Both the position numbers and the translations under genes were made by a program. From a virus (lineage: Duplodnaviria; Caudoviricetes), in IMG/VR virus record IMGVR_UViG_3300032234_000470, positions 1 through 31,309 of that record: 31,309 bases of DNA; one strand, given 5' to 3'. The notes beneath the pieces are model-generated. The model was not told the DNA's origin, did not search any database, and worked only from the letters and a program-made list of their open reading frames with translations. Positions 16,041 to 25,360 of the stretch are shown in pieces (positions within the stretch are counted from its first letter, which is position 1; the number at the start of each line of letters is the position of its first letter).

Positions 16041-17611
16041 TACACTCTGGCGTAATAGTAAGTTGCCGTCTTGGTTCCGAGCTTGATGCGGTCAGCCCAT
16101 AGCGAGCCGGTGACATATTGGTCTACGGCGAACTTGTCGTCTGGTAACTTTGTAACTTTAGCCAGAACGATGTAAGCAAGTTGGTCGGTATCGTCCGGAG
16201 GCTCGGAGTCGAGCGTGTAGACGCGCGGATAAGGGTCGTCTTCTGGCGGGCTCCCGGGCGCTCGGGATGGGTAGAATGTATTGACCGGATTTGGTCCGGT
16301 TCGCAGGACAATCCAAGTTTCAGTCCCAGCCGCCAAGGCGATTTGAGGTTGGGGGATGACATCCATGTAAACCCATGCTTCCGATACGTCGTCGTAAATC
16401 AAAGGCATCAGGTTGTTAATCGTGCCCGGGCAGATATTGTAAACGGCGTAAGGCTGTTGGCCTTCAGGCGTGAGATACTTGAGTCCTTTGACTTTGAACG
16501 GGAAACATACGTCGTCGTCCGGGACAACCTGATTCGCGCAACTGCCGGGAAGCTTGTAGTCGTAGTTCGCCGAAGTCCAATCCGCCGGGCCGACAAACTC
16601 CTCATACCAATCGTCGTTATCTTCAACGAGAGAATTCATGCCATTAAGGGTGTCGGCGTTAGCCATCAGCGACCATTTAGGCGTGGCATTTTTGTTCAGG
16701 TTGTAAGGGTCGTTCGTCTCGGTCAGGTCATCCTGATTGCACAAGGTCGTGCCGTTGAACAGGCAGGGAATCTGAAGGTCAATCGGGCCTACGATGTGCT
16801 GGTCAATAGAGAGTCTAATGCCTTCGCCCGGAACATTGGTCGCCGTAACAATTCCGATTAGCTTGACCGCGTATCCCCATTTGACCGGGTTGAACCAAGT
16901 CGTGTGGCAGTTGCCCCAGTCGCCTTGAAGCCCGGTTGACATCGCGTCGTAGCCGACCATCTTCTGGACGTTGGTCTTGTTCACATATTCCGACGGCCCT
17001 GTTTCAGAAAAAATGATGGACTCAATGTCGTCCCCGGACGGGAAAATTGAAACCCAAGGAGCTTCCGCATTGAGGAGGGCGGATTCCGTGTCATCGTTTG
17101 ACTGATTGATGTCGAACTTGCTTATGGTGACGTAGTATGTCCCGGCGAAAGAAAGGGTGTAGTATCCGTTTCCGTCCATCCAAGCAGGGTCGCCCGCGCC
17201 GGATGTCAGGTTTACGCCTGAGCCGTAGACGGCGACCTTGCTAATCCAACCCTGCCTTTGGTCGCTATGACCGCCCTGACGGACGCGAGGCATGTTGCTT
17301 TGGGTGAAACTGACAGTCCCCTTGGCGATTTGAAGGCGCTCAACTCCTTCAACTGTTACGACGCGCATCTGATACTGCTGGACGATGCTGGCCGGAGCTG
17401 GTTGCCCCGGCTCGATTCGTGCCTGACCACCCGTAATGACTGCTCCTCCCGGCGTGAAACTGACCGACGGGCCTTCGCCCAAATACGGCATCGGCAAGCT
17501 TGCCTGAATGCCGGAGGCGAGGTCGTTGAGTTGCTTGGCCTGAATTGGCGACCCGGCCTCAAACCTTGAGTTGAAGCGCGAGCCGGAGCCGTTGAAGCCA
17601 AGGTCTTCCAT
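16040..17611 (-). CDS. putative tail tip/structural protein
   Basis: 523 aa, beta-rich, downstream of the tape-measure-like gene. Confidence 0.65.
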   Translation of the reverse strand: MEDLGFNGSGSRFNSRFEAGSPIQAKQLNDLASGIQASLPMPYLGEGPSVSFTPGGAVITGGQARIEPGQPAPASIVQQYQMRVVTVEGVERLQIAKGTVSFTQSNMPRVRQGGHSDQRQGWISKVAVYGSGVNLTSGAGDPAWMDGNGYYTLSFAGTYYVTISKFDINQSNDDTESALLNAEAPWVSIFPSGDDIESIIFSETGPSEYVNKTNVQKMVGYDAMSTGLQGDWGNCHTTWFNPVKWGYAVKLIGIVTATNVPGEGIRLSIDQHIVGPIDLQIPCLFNGTTLCNQDDLTETNDPYNLNKNATPKWSLMANADTLNGMNSLVEDNDDWYEEFVGPADWTSANYDYKLPGSCANQVVPDDDVCFPFKVKGLKYLTPEGQQPYAVYNICPGTINNLMPLIYDDVSEAWVYMDVIPQPQIALAAGTETWIVLRTGPNPVNTFYPSRAPGSPPEDDPYPRVYTLDSEPPDDTDQLAYIVLAKVTKLPDDKFAVDQYVTGSLWADRIKLGTKTATYYYARV

Positions 17612-17613
17612 CG

Positions 17614-18486
17614 TCAGAAAATAGAGTCGGCCATCGGGCCGTAGATGTCAGAATCCCAGCCCGTCCCTCCGCCAACCATGATGTCGTAGACGACCTTAAT
17701 CCCGGCGTAATTATCCGGAGTCCCGATGCACTCGGCGTTCGCCGCGGTAAGCAAGCAAAGCTCAGGGGAAAGCGCGCCGAGGATGTCTCCCGGAGTGATG
17801 AGCTTGAACATGTCGCCCGGAGTCTTAAGAGTCCTTCCGACCCCATTGGTCATGGTTGCGGCCCGATACCCCTGTTGAGGATTGAAGAAAATAATACCCC
17901 TGACAGAATACATGGGGCGAAGGAACTGACGAATCCCGGCCTTGGGGTTTCGCGTTCCGTTCGCCGGAAGACCGAACCCGTCAAATCGCCAAGGGAAAAG
18001 AGGGTCGCTGGAAGGGATGAAGATTGGTTTATTGGGGTTGCTTGAAGGCTGTGACGGCGGGCCAGCCAAAATCTGCGTCGGTGAATCTGCTCCAATAGTT
18101 CCGTCCGTTACGATGGTGAAGTTCGGGTGAGTCTCGATTGGTTGCGCCGTCGTCGTGGAAACACCGGAAATCTGCGCGTCCGTGTAGCCGATTCCGCGGG
18201 CAACGCCCATGTAGTCGATGGTAATCGTTGCGACTCCGCCGGGCTGTAGGGCGATTGCATATTTGTGGGACTTCATCTCAAAACCGACATCATACGGATA
18301 GTCGATTCCCATGCTCACCATGTCAATGGTGTCAGTAAGGTTGCTGTTGGCGGAGTCTAGGCTGAAGACAAGTTGAGCCTGAGCCAGACCGAACGCGTCA
18401 ATGACGATTGAACCCGTCGCCGTAGGGACTCCGGGAGCGACAAGCTCGTTGCCGTAATTTAGGCGCGTGATGGATGGGTCTGGCAT
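17614..18486 (-). CDS. putative distal tail/hub protein
   Basis: Directly after the tape measure; QPIETHPNF and GWDSDIY motifs. Confidence 0.6.
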   Translation of the reverse strand: MPDPSITRLNYGNELVAPGVPTATGSIVIDAFGLAQAQLVFSLDSANSNLTDTIDMVSMGIDYPYDVGFEMKSHKYAIALQPGGVATITIDYMGVARGIGYTDAQISGVSTTTAQPIETHPNFTIVTDGTIGADSPTQILAGPPSQPSSNPNKPIFIPSSDPLFPWRFDGFGLPANGTRNPKAGIRQFLRPMYSVRGIIFFNPQQGYRAATMTNGVGRTLKTPGDMFKLITPGDILGALSPELCLLTAANAECIGTPDNYAGIKVVYDIMVGGGTGWDSDIYGPMADSIF

Positions 18487-18487
18487 G

Positions 18488-19702
18488 TTACTTGGCGACG
18501 TTTACGGGTTTGGTTTGGGCTGGCTTTGAGGACTCTTGGACAAGCTTGCCCGTATTGTCAGCAGTCTTGTTTGCCGCGTCAAGCATTGAACTCTGGTAAG
18601 TCCCGGAAAGGATTGAGCTTACATCGCCACCGCCGATTTCCTGAAGCGAAGATGCGGCCATGACTCTGGCGGCTTGAAGGAGCGGTGGTCCTTCCGGCTG
18701 TCCTTTCTTTTCTTCCTTCTCCATATCCTTCTTCCGCATCTCCAAGATTGTCTTGATTGCGTTTTTAGCGGTAGCCTCGGTCTCGGCAGAAAGGAAAATG
18801 CTGTCAGTAAAATTATCCCTAAGTTGTTCGAGGGCGGCGTTTACGGCGTCTGGGTCGCCCTTAACTTCGGAATAAATCTGACTTCCAATCGACCTTCCTT
18901 CTTGTTCGGCAGTTCCTCCTGTCTTACCAAGCTGACCACCCATTACCTCTTGAGCCACATCAGCGCCTTCAATTTTGGCGCTCAAAAGACCAAGGCCAGA
19001 AGCCGTTCCTCCACCAACCCCTTCAAGTCCTCGCTTGAATCTTTCGATTCGACGCTCAGTCTTTGCCATGCTTTCAACAGTCTTGTCGCTCATCAAAACA
19101 ACTGATTTGGTGAACTCATCTAAGTTGAGTTTACCGTTCTTGTAGATTGCCGAGAGTTGTTCTCCTTGAAGACCAAACAGCTGAACGGCACGCTGAGCCG
19201 AAAGAGACTCAAGCCCGGTTCGGTCGTATTCATCCGCGAGACGTCGAAGGACTTCAATGGCTGAAACCTTACCTTTCGTTACTTCGTCCTCGCTGAACTT
19301 CAATGAGCGAAGGACTGCCCGGTGAGACTCGCTACCCTTTGCGGCGGCATCGTTCACCTTGGCGAAATAGTTCATCGTCCGGCCTACGGCCTCCATGGAA
19401 ACGCCGACCTCCGCGCCGTATCGTGCCAGAAGCTGAAACTCTTGCGAGCTTTTCCCGGTTCCGAATCGTTTGAAAGCATCGTCGAGGCCTTTGGCAGTCT
19501 TCAATGCGGCTCCCATGCTTTCGGCGAATTTTCCGAAAAGCGTAGATAGAGCCAAGGCTGAAGCCATGCTTGCCATTGTCGCTTTGTTGAAGTCTCCGAA
19601 CCAAGCACTCAAAGCTCCTCCGGCCTTGTTCACGGCCTCCCCGGCACCCTTCGCCACATCGGTGAAGTCGCCGCCGAACTTTACTTTTACGTCGTCTGCC
19701 AT
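18488..19702 (-). CDS. tape-measure-like protein (short, 404 aa)
   Basis: Ala/Gly-rich and helical; MADDVKVKFGGD start; A.QLFG..G.QL motif; SSLQEIGGG. Confidence 0.7.
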   Translation of the reverse strand: MADDVKVKFGGDFTDVAKGAGEAVNKAGGALSAWFGDFNKATMASMASALALSTLFGKFAESMGAALKTAKGLDDAFKRFGTGKSSQEFQLLARYGAEVGVSMEAVGRTMNYFAKVNDAAAKGSESHRAVLRSLKFSEDEVTKGKVSAIEVLRRLADEYDRTGLESLSAQRAVQLFGLQGEQLSAIYKNGKLNLDEFTKSVVLMSDKTVESMAKTERRIERFKRGLEGVGGGTASGLGLLSAKIEGADVAQEVMGGQLGKTGGTAEQEGRSIGSQIYSEVKGDPDAVNAALEQLRDNFTDSIFLSAETEATAKNAIKTILEMRKKDMEKEEKKGQPEGPPLLQAARVMAASSLQEIGGGDVSSILSGTYQSSMLDAANKTADNTGKLVQESSKPAQTKPVNVAK

Positions 19703-19705
19703 AGG

Positions 19706-20287
19706 TCAGTTTCTTGGTTGTTGGTTATTTTGCTCGCGCTTGTATTTCTGGATAGCCTCCCAATCATCATCAGACATGACTGAGACATCAGCACCTAATG
19801 CCGTGCTGTGAGCGATATGCAACCAAATAGCTTCCGCTTCAGGCATCGTCCAAGCTTCCTCCAAGGTGCATCCGTTACGGGTCAGGGATGCGATTACGGC
19901 AAGTTGCCAAGGAATCCCGGCCTTGTTGTAAGTTCCTTCCGAGCCACCCTTTTCCCAGAAGCGCGGCCAGAAAGCCTGCTGATTGAGGTATGACACCAGC
20001 TTCGCAACTTCGGCGACAAGAATCTCCTCGTTGAACTGCATCCGGCTTACCCAGAACTTTTCACGCAGGGTTGCTGGCGTTGCGATTTGTTCGATTGTGC
20101 GCGAGGATAGAATCTTTACAGCCGCGACAAGGTGGGCAGGGTTGATGTGCTTGTCCGTTTCGATTACCGGGCTGTTGATTGCTTCAAGGGCGACCCGGTG
20201 GCGAAGGCAGAAGGGTAAAAGACGAATCCCGCAAACCTCGGTTGAGGGTTGCAGGATTGTCGCCGCTTTAATCCACCGCTTTTCCAT
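19706..20287 (-). CDS. putative tail assembly chaperone
   Basis: Between tail tube and tape measure; C-terminal EEAWTMPEAEAIW is gpT-like. Confidence 0.6.
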   Translation of the reverse strand: MEKRWIKAATILQPSTEVCGIRLLPFCLRHRVALEAINSPVIETDKHINPAHLVAAVKILSSRTIEQIATPATLREKFWVSRMQFNEEILVAEVAKLVSYLNQQAFWPRFWEKGGSEGTYNKAGIPWQLAVIASLTRNGCTLEEAWTMPEAEAIWLHIAHSTALGADVSVMSDDDWEAIQKYKREQNNQQPRN

Positions 20288-20310
20288 TGGTGGTTAAGCC
20301 CGTTTTGGGC

Positions 20311-20652
20311 TTAGGCGATTTCCTGATACTTGCGTCCGTTGATGCCGACTCGACGGAAAGACTCGTTAGTGCCGTCGTTGGTAATGTCGTCGATGATGTA
20401 CGAGACGCTACCGTAAGTGATTAGATTGCCGGGGACGGGAATAGTGGCACCGACTTTAAGGACACCAACGAAATTGACACCCTTAATCAAGTCGTCTTTA
20501 CGGACGGTGATGATGCGGCCCTGAGCGTCTTTGACTTCGACGTGGAGGTTGCAGTTCTCCTTGAGGTTGTCCGACTGGATGGTGATGAACGAGGACGTCA
20601 CATCGACCGGGCCGAAGTCGTGGTCAACGCCGTAAGTATTGGGAAGTGCCAT
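20311..20652 (-). CDS. putative tail tube protein
   Basis: Position after tail completion; has its own late element; beta-rich. Confidence 0.55.
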   Translation of the reverse strand: MALPNTYGVDHDFGPVDVTSSFITIQSDNLKENCNLHVEVKDAQGRIITVRKDDLIKGVNFVGVLKVGATIPVPGNLITYGSVSYIIDDITNDGTNESFRRVGINGRKYQEIA

Positions 20653-20673
20653 GAGGGTCGCTTGGTGTTGAGT

Positions 20674-20688
20674 CTACGCGGGAGTCAA
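20674..20688 (-). promoter_or_regulatory. conserved late element, copy 2
   Basis: Exact 15-mer; contains the TGA stop of 20685-21131. Confidence 0.85.
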
Positions 20689-21131
20689 GCCGGAGGATAG
20701 ACGGCGACCGCGGTGTAGGTCAGGACATTACCGTAGCGTCGGTCGGACACTCCCTCCTCGTCGGAGCGAAGCCAAGCATGGTACAGCTTGCCTTGCGTCC
20801 ATGCGTCCTTGAGTCCGGATAAGTCCTGCATGATTGCCTGAACATTCTCTACCCTACCCCGGTGTAGATTGAGAGCTTCTGCTTCCGTAGGCGCGTCGTC
20901 CGCGGAAGAATAGATGTAGATTTTAAGGCTCAACTCGAAATTGCCAAGTGGACGAGAGCCGAAATTTGGGTGAGAGTCGGCTCCTTCTGCGTAAAGTATC
21001 ACGGAAGGGATAGAACGAATCTCTCCGGTCTGACCAATGTTGACTTGAACGCCGGGGAGCATGGATGCGTTAGTTGCAAACCAAGCCGCCATGGACTGCT
21101 CTGCGATTGTTCGGATTCCGTATGTAGTCAT
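20685..21131 (-). CDS. putative tail completion/terminator protein
   Basis: Start MTTYGIR; size and synteny. Confidence 0.6.
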   Translation of the reverse strand: MTTYGIRTIAEQSMAAWFATNASMLPGVQVNIGQTGEIRSIPSVILYAEGADSHPNFGSRPLGNFELSLKIYIYSSADDAPTEAEALNLHRGRVENVQAIMQDLSGLKDAWTQGKLYHAWLRSDEEGVSDRRYGNVLTYTAVAVYPPA

Positions 21132-21132
21132 G

Positions 21133-22026
21133 TCAGAAGTTCTTCTGTGTGTTGGTAGTGAGTCCTTGTGCCGTTGCAAGCCAAAGCGGAACCTTGCGTT
21201 TATTAAGCTCCGCCGCCATCTTCACTCGCATGGCGTATTGTCGGTAGCTTATTGCGGCCTTGAGGAGTCCCTTTGGCATGGCCCTAAGCCCGAAAAGGTG
21301 GCCGATTAGAACCTCCGGCTTCATAGGCTGTTGAATCATGTCCTGACCGATGGCGTAGGACTGACCAATCTGGTGGTTCTTAATCCACGCCGGAGCGCGG
21401 ATTTCCTTTGAGCGAATCTTCTGGGCCGCGAACCAATAGCCAGATTTGAGTGAGCCGATGTCCTTCAGCTTCTGCTTGGCGTATTTGGTGATGTCGGACT
21501 CCTTCTTGACGAAAGCGAAAGCGGACTTGGACTTCTTTGCGTAATCAACAAGACCGCCTTTTCCGGAGTATTTACGCAGTTTCTGGTGGGTCTTCGCCAT
21601 CGCTCCAGCATCTGAGCCTACATAAGATAGAGTGCGCCGGGGTGGGTTTCGGGCCTGAAACATCTCCCACAGCTTCTGTTTCGAGATGCTGGACTTGCCC
21701 TCTCCTTGTGACTTTGACCATAGTTTGAAGACTTCGAAGCTTCGCATGTCGGCGACCTGTTGCTTGGTCGCCTTTTCGATTGGCTGGAAGACCTTGAATA
21801 AAGCCAGATTAACATTCTCCTCTCCCTTTTTCTTGGAACCCGGCTCCATCCCTTTCCCCGCGCTTGTGAACGGACGAGTGTATTTGACTAAGTCCAAACA
21901 AAAATGCCCGGCCTGTTCGCGGACGACTTCGCCTAGTTCTTTGCCCATGACTTTGGAATAGTCATGCAGATGGGCCATCAGCGTTGAGGCATCAAGCGAA
22001 ACATTCTTTGTTGGCTTGATAGCCAT
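21133..22026 (-). CDS. basic neck/tail-completion protein
   Basis: Start MAIKPTK; Lys/Arg-rich; GSLKSGY; synteny. Confidence 0.6.
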   Translation of the reverse strand: MAIKPTKNVSLDASTLMAHLHDYSKVMGKELGEVVREQAGHFCLDLVKYTRPFTSAGKGMEPGSKKKGEENVNLALFKVFQPIEKATKQQVADMRSFEVFKLWSKSQGEGKSSISKQKLWEMFQARNPPRRTLSYVGSDAGAMAKTHQKLRKYSGKGGLVDYAKKSKSAFAFVKKESDITKYAKQKLKDIGSLKSGYWFAAQKIRSKEIRAPAWIKNHQIGQSYAIGQDMIQQPMKPEVLIGHLFGLRAMPKGLLKAAISYRQYAMRVKMAAELNKRKVPLWLATAQGLTTNTQKNF

Positions 22027-22028
22027 TA

Positions 22029-22370
22029 TCAGGCCGGGCCTACCTTGGTCTGAACCCGGACGATAACCCAAGCCGACGGAGGGCGGTCGTTGATGGCGAC
22101 GATGCGGTATTGTTTGCCGTTAAAGGTGACAAGGTTTCCGTAGATGACTACGCCGGGATGGGCGATAGTGTCCGCCTTCAGGAACTTCACGTCAAACGAG
22201 GCCGCGTCAAGGAAGCCACCCGTCTCCAAATCCTGCTGAACCATAGGGTCGCCCATCAGGACATTGAAAGACACCGGAAGGCCGGAAGCTTTCTGAACAG
22301 TCACAGCCTTGGGAATCTCGTCGAGGATTTCCCCGGCGTCTGCGGCCCATTCGTCTTGGATACTGCCCAT
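22029..22370 (-). CDS. head-closure (gpFII-like) protein
   Basis: After the capsid gene; GNLVTFNGKQYRIVAI pattern. Confidence 0.65.
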   Translation of the reverse strand: MGSIQDEWAADAGEILDEIPKAVTVQKASGLPVSFNVLMGDPMVQQDLETGGFLDAASFDVKFLKADTIAHPGVVIYGNLVTFNGKQYRIVAINDRPPSAWVIVRVQTKVGPA

Positions 22371-22374
22371 GCCT

Positions 22375-22389
22375 CTACGCGGGAGTCAA
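22375..22389 (-). promoter_or_regulatory. conserved late element, copy 3
   Basis: Exact 15-mer, 4 nt before ATG 22370. Confidence 0.85.
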
Positions 22390-22417
22390 AAGGCCTCTAC
22401 GGGCCAGCCAGAGGGGT
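22388..22417 (-). repeat. 30-bp dispersed element, copy C (inverted relative to A and B)
   Basis: Minus strand ACCCCTCTGGCTGGCCCGTAGAGGCCTTTT abuts late element copy 3. Confidence 0.8.
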
Positions 22418-22431
22418 CTATTGACCCTCCC

Positions 22432-22461
22432 AAACAAAAGACCCCGGTTGCCCGAGGTCTT
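22432..22461 (-). terminator. intrinsic terminator after the major capsid gene
   Basis: AAGACCTCGG-GCAA-CCGGGGTCTT-TTGTTT hairpin with U tract; a second hairpin lies at about 22473-22502. Confidence 0.85.
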
Positions 22462-22511
22462 GTAAGGGAAGACTCCCCCTTGCTTTTCGGCAGAGGGGGG
22501 AGCCGTTATGA

Positions 22512-23432
22512 TTAGAGGTCGGAGATGACGACGCGGAGGGCGGCGTCGGGGTTACCGACGGACTCGCCCGTAATCCACGAAGCCGAGACGTTCGACAGAC
22601 CCTTGGTCCAATCGTACCAGCTACGGAGCGCGAAGGCGAAGCCGGAGTCGGGGTCTTGGACGGTAATCTGCTCGCCACCACCCGTGGTCGGGGCGGCCGG
22701 GACGCGCGTCACGATGACGTGACCTTCGCGGCAGGAGGCGATACCATTGAGGTGTTCGGTGAAGGTCGTGCCGGAGCCGGGGAAGCCGTTGTACTCGTAG
22801 ATGTCGATGCCGTGGAGGCGACCGACCTTACCATCGCGAATCACCGAGGTGTCGCCGATGGACAGGTACTGAGCCACGGAGGCATCCTGAAGGAGCTGGC
22901 CGAAGGCATCCGGGGTGAGGAGCAGGGAGCGCTCGCCCATCGGGAGATTGGCCTTGGTCATGGCGGTAGCCGCGCCAGCGATGGCGACGCGGTTGAAGTT
23001 GGCCTTGGTGCCGGAGTAGGCGATGCCGTCGTAGTTGGCGGCAGTCGTCAGGCCGATAACGCCATCGAACAGGGACTTGACGGTAGCGTTAGCCATCGGA
23101 GCGATGAACACGCGGCGAAGCATGTCGAGGCTGATGGTGGCGACTTCGGTGTCGTCGAAGGCCGCGGCGACATACTTATGGTCGGCGAGGGTGATGGCGA
23201 CATCCGTAGCGTCAGCGTCCGAAGGGACGAAGCCGTTGGCGCGGACGTAGGTGTTCGCCGTGAATTTGTTGGCGAAACGGGTGTGGACGACCTGACCCTT
23301 TTCAGCGACATAGGCGCTGAAGTCGGTGGTCACGATTTTGTTGAGGGGAGCGAGGACCGGGACGAGGGTGCGGAGGGTTTCCGCGGCCACGAACTGAGGA
23401 GCCAAGCCCTGATTGAGGACGTTGTTCGACAT
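22512..23432 (-). CDS. major capsid protein
   Basis: 306 aa after protease and scaffold; GQVVH, GKVGRLHGIDIYE; strong codon bias; followed by a terminator. Confidence 0.85.
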   Translation of the reverse strand: MSNNVLNQGLAPQFVAAETLRTLVPVLAPLNKIVTTDFSAYVAEKGQVVHTRFANKFTANTYVRANGFVPSDADATDVAITLADHKYVAAAFDDTEVATISLDMLRRVFIAPMANATVKSLFDGVIGLTTAANYDGIAYSGTKANFNRVAIAGAATAMTKANLPMGERSLLLTPDAFGQLLQDASVAQYLSIGDTSVIRDGKVGRLHGIDIYEYNGFPGSGTTFTEHLNGIASCREGHVIVTRVPAAPTTGGGEQITVQDPDSGFAFALRSWYDWTKGLSNVSASWITGESVGNPDAALRVVISDL

Positions 23433-23463
23433 GATTATTTAGGGAGTGAGGGGTGGTTGAAAA

Positions 23464-23925
23464 TTACTTGATGCCCAGATGGGCGACGATGGAGGCGCGG
23501 TTCTTGTTGTAGAACGCGACCTTCTCGGAAGGATTGCTGATGGCGAGATACTCGTTCCAGACTTCCTCGGGGGACTTGGAGGCGGCGGAGTCCGCGGCGG
23601 AGATTTCCACCGGGTTGACGCCGACGGAGGCGGCGATGGCGGCAGACTTCTTGCCGACGGACTCAATCTGAGCGACGGCCTCCTTCTTCACGGACTCGGA
23701 GGCGGCAAGAGCCTTAGCCATTTCTTCTACCTTGGCGATGGCCGCGTCGCGCTCGGCGACGACGGAGGCGGAGGCTTCAAGTAGCTTCTTCGCAGAAGCA
23801 TATTCAGAAGCAAGCTCGCTGTTCTTGGCCTTGAGGGAAGCCACTTCCTTCGCCATCGCTTCGGCTTCGCCGGACTTGGAGGTGAAGGCGGACTTCAGCG
23901 CCTTGAGGGATTCTTCGAGGGTCAT
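23464..23925 (-). CDS. scaffold-like coiled-coil protein
   Basis: Start MTLEESLK downstream of late element copy 4; Ala/Glu/Lys helical. Confidence 0.7.
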   Translation of the reverse strand: MTLEESLKALKSAFTSKSGEAEAMAKEVASLKAKNSELASEYASAKKLLEASASVVAERDAAIAKVEEMAKALAASESVKKEAVAQIESVGKKSAAIAASVGVNPVEISAADSAASKSPEEVWNEYLAISNPSEKVAFYNKNRASIVAHLGIK

Positions 23926-23942
23926 CGGTCTTTGAGTTGAGC

Positions 23943-23957
23943 CTACGCGGGAGTCAA
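23943..23957 (-). promoter_or_regulatory. conserved late element, copy 4
   Basis: Exact 15-mer; contains the TGA stop of the S49 gene. Confidence 0.85.
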
Positions 23958-25360
23958 GCGACTCCCTTGGAGCGGTTCTTTTTGACCGAACCCTTGTTGT
24001 GCTTGGAGTCCGTCTCGACAGCTTTCTCGCCGGAGTCATTCTCGTCATCCGCGTCGTCCTTGGACTTGTCCTCGTCGGGCTTGTCCTCGCCGTCCGGCTG
24101 AGGTTCGGTACCCTCGTCGTCCTCGGATTTCTTCTCGTCTTCTTCGTCCTCGGATTCGGGCTTCTCGTCGTCGTCAGACTTGGACTCGGGCTTTTCCTCT
24201 TCGTCCTCCTCCTTCGGCTCCTCGTCGTCGCCTTCGGACTTCTTTTCGTCCTCTTCTTCCTCGTCCTTGGGCTTGTCTTCGTCGTCAGACTTGGACTTCT
24301 TTTCCTCGTCTTCGTCTTCGGATTTCTTTTCTTCGTCCTCGTCTTCAGACTTCTTGTCCTCGTCTTCGTCCTCGGCGGACAGCTTAATCTTCAGGCCGGA
24401 GAGGGCGCGGGAAGCCGCAGTAGCCCGAAGCTTCTTGAGGGCCATGGCCTCTTCTTCTTCGCCATCCTCTTCGGAGGAAGCACCCATCTCGTCTCCGTGA
24501 CGCTTGTCGTTTTCCTCGTCGGACTCGACCTGAGCAAACACAGCGGCATCAAGCTCCTTGAGCATTTCGTCAAAGCCATTGGTCAGGGACGTAACAAGCC
24601 CGGCTTCCGCGCCGCGCTTGCCGGAGAACATCTGGCCTTCCATCGAGCTGTCCTCGACGAAGGAACGGACGGACTTCACCGCCTCCTTGAAGTCGGCGTG
24701 GATGTCCTCGACTTCCTGCTGAAGCATCTTGCGCTGGTTTTCGTCAAGAGACGTTCCGGGGATTCCCGCACCCTTGTAGGTGCCGGACTTGATGACGTCC
24801 ATCTTGACCCCTTCCATCTTGAAAGCTTCCGAGCAGTCAGGGAAGGCGATATACACGCCGATTGAGCCTACGGACGAAGAAGGGGTCGCGTAGAACTTGG
24901 AGGCCTGAGAGCCAAGCCAATAGGCCGCGGAACAGCATTCGTTGCCCGTGAAAGAGATGACCTCCTTGGAGCAATTCTTGATGCGGTTGGCGAGTTCAGG
25001 GACACCTACCGACGTGCCGCCGGGAGAGTCGATGTCAAGAATGATGGTCTTGATGGAGGTGTCGCGTTCGCACTCCTCAAGCATTTCCTCGATGTCGCGG
25101 ATGTCGCAACAGCCGCAAAGCGACTCAAGCTCGGACAGGTTCTTGCCGATGACACCCTTGACCGGGATGATGGCGAAGGGAGGGAACTTTTCGAGCGTCG
25201 GCTTCTCGCCGAAAATTGCGGAAAGCATGTCGCCCATGTCGGACATCTTCGCGTCCATGGGGATTTCCATGTCGCCGACCCGGTTGAGGTAGGCCTCAGC
25301 CTGAGCAGGCTGGATGAGGAGAGGGCGCTGGCCCTTGAAGTCCTTGGAGAGATTACGCAT
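23954..25360 (-). CDS. S49-family head maturation protease with long D/E/K tail
   Basis: LDIDSPGG, CSAAYWLGSQ, VGSIGVY and IKSGTYK; start MRNLSK overlaps the portal end. Confidence 0.92.
   Translation of the reverse strand: MRNLSKDFKGQRPLLIQPAQAEAYLNRVGDMEIPMDAKMSDMGDMLSAIFGEKPTLEKFPPFAIIPVKGVIGKNLSELESLCGCCDIRDIEEMLEECERDTSIKTIILDIDSPGGTSVGVPELANRIKNCSKEVISFTGNECCSAAYWLGSQASKFYATPSSSVGSIGVYIAFPDCSEAFKMEGVKMDVIKSGTYKGAGIPGTSLDENQRKMLQQEVEDIHADFKEAVKSVRSFVEDSSMEGQMFSGKRGAEAGLVTSLTNGFDEMLKELDAAVFAQVESDEENDKRHGDEMGASSEEDGEEEEAMALKKLRATAASRALSGLKIKLSAEDEDEDKKSEDEDEEKKSEDEDEEKKSKSDDEDKPKDEEEEDEKKSEGDDEEPKEEDEEEKPESKSDDDEKPESEDEEDEKKSEDDEGTEPQPDGEDKPDEDKSKDDADDENDSGEKAVETDSKHNKGSVKKNRSKGVA
23990..24380 (-). 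repeat. low-complexity coding repeats (KKSEDEDEE-like)
   Basis: Degenerate tandem repeats visible in both DNA and protein. Confidence 0.85.

Noticed and set aside
23960-24048. Programmed frameshift at C AAA AAG fusing protease to scaffold
   Set aside because: The -1 frame stops at the TAG in the late element; the scaffold is in the +1 frame and has its own element and ATG
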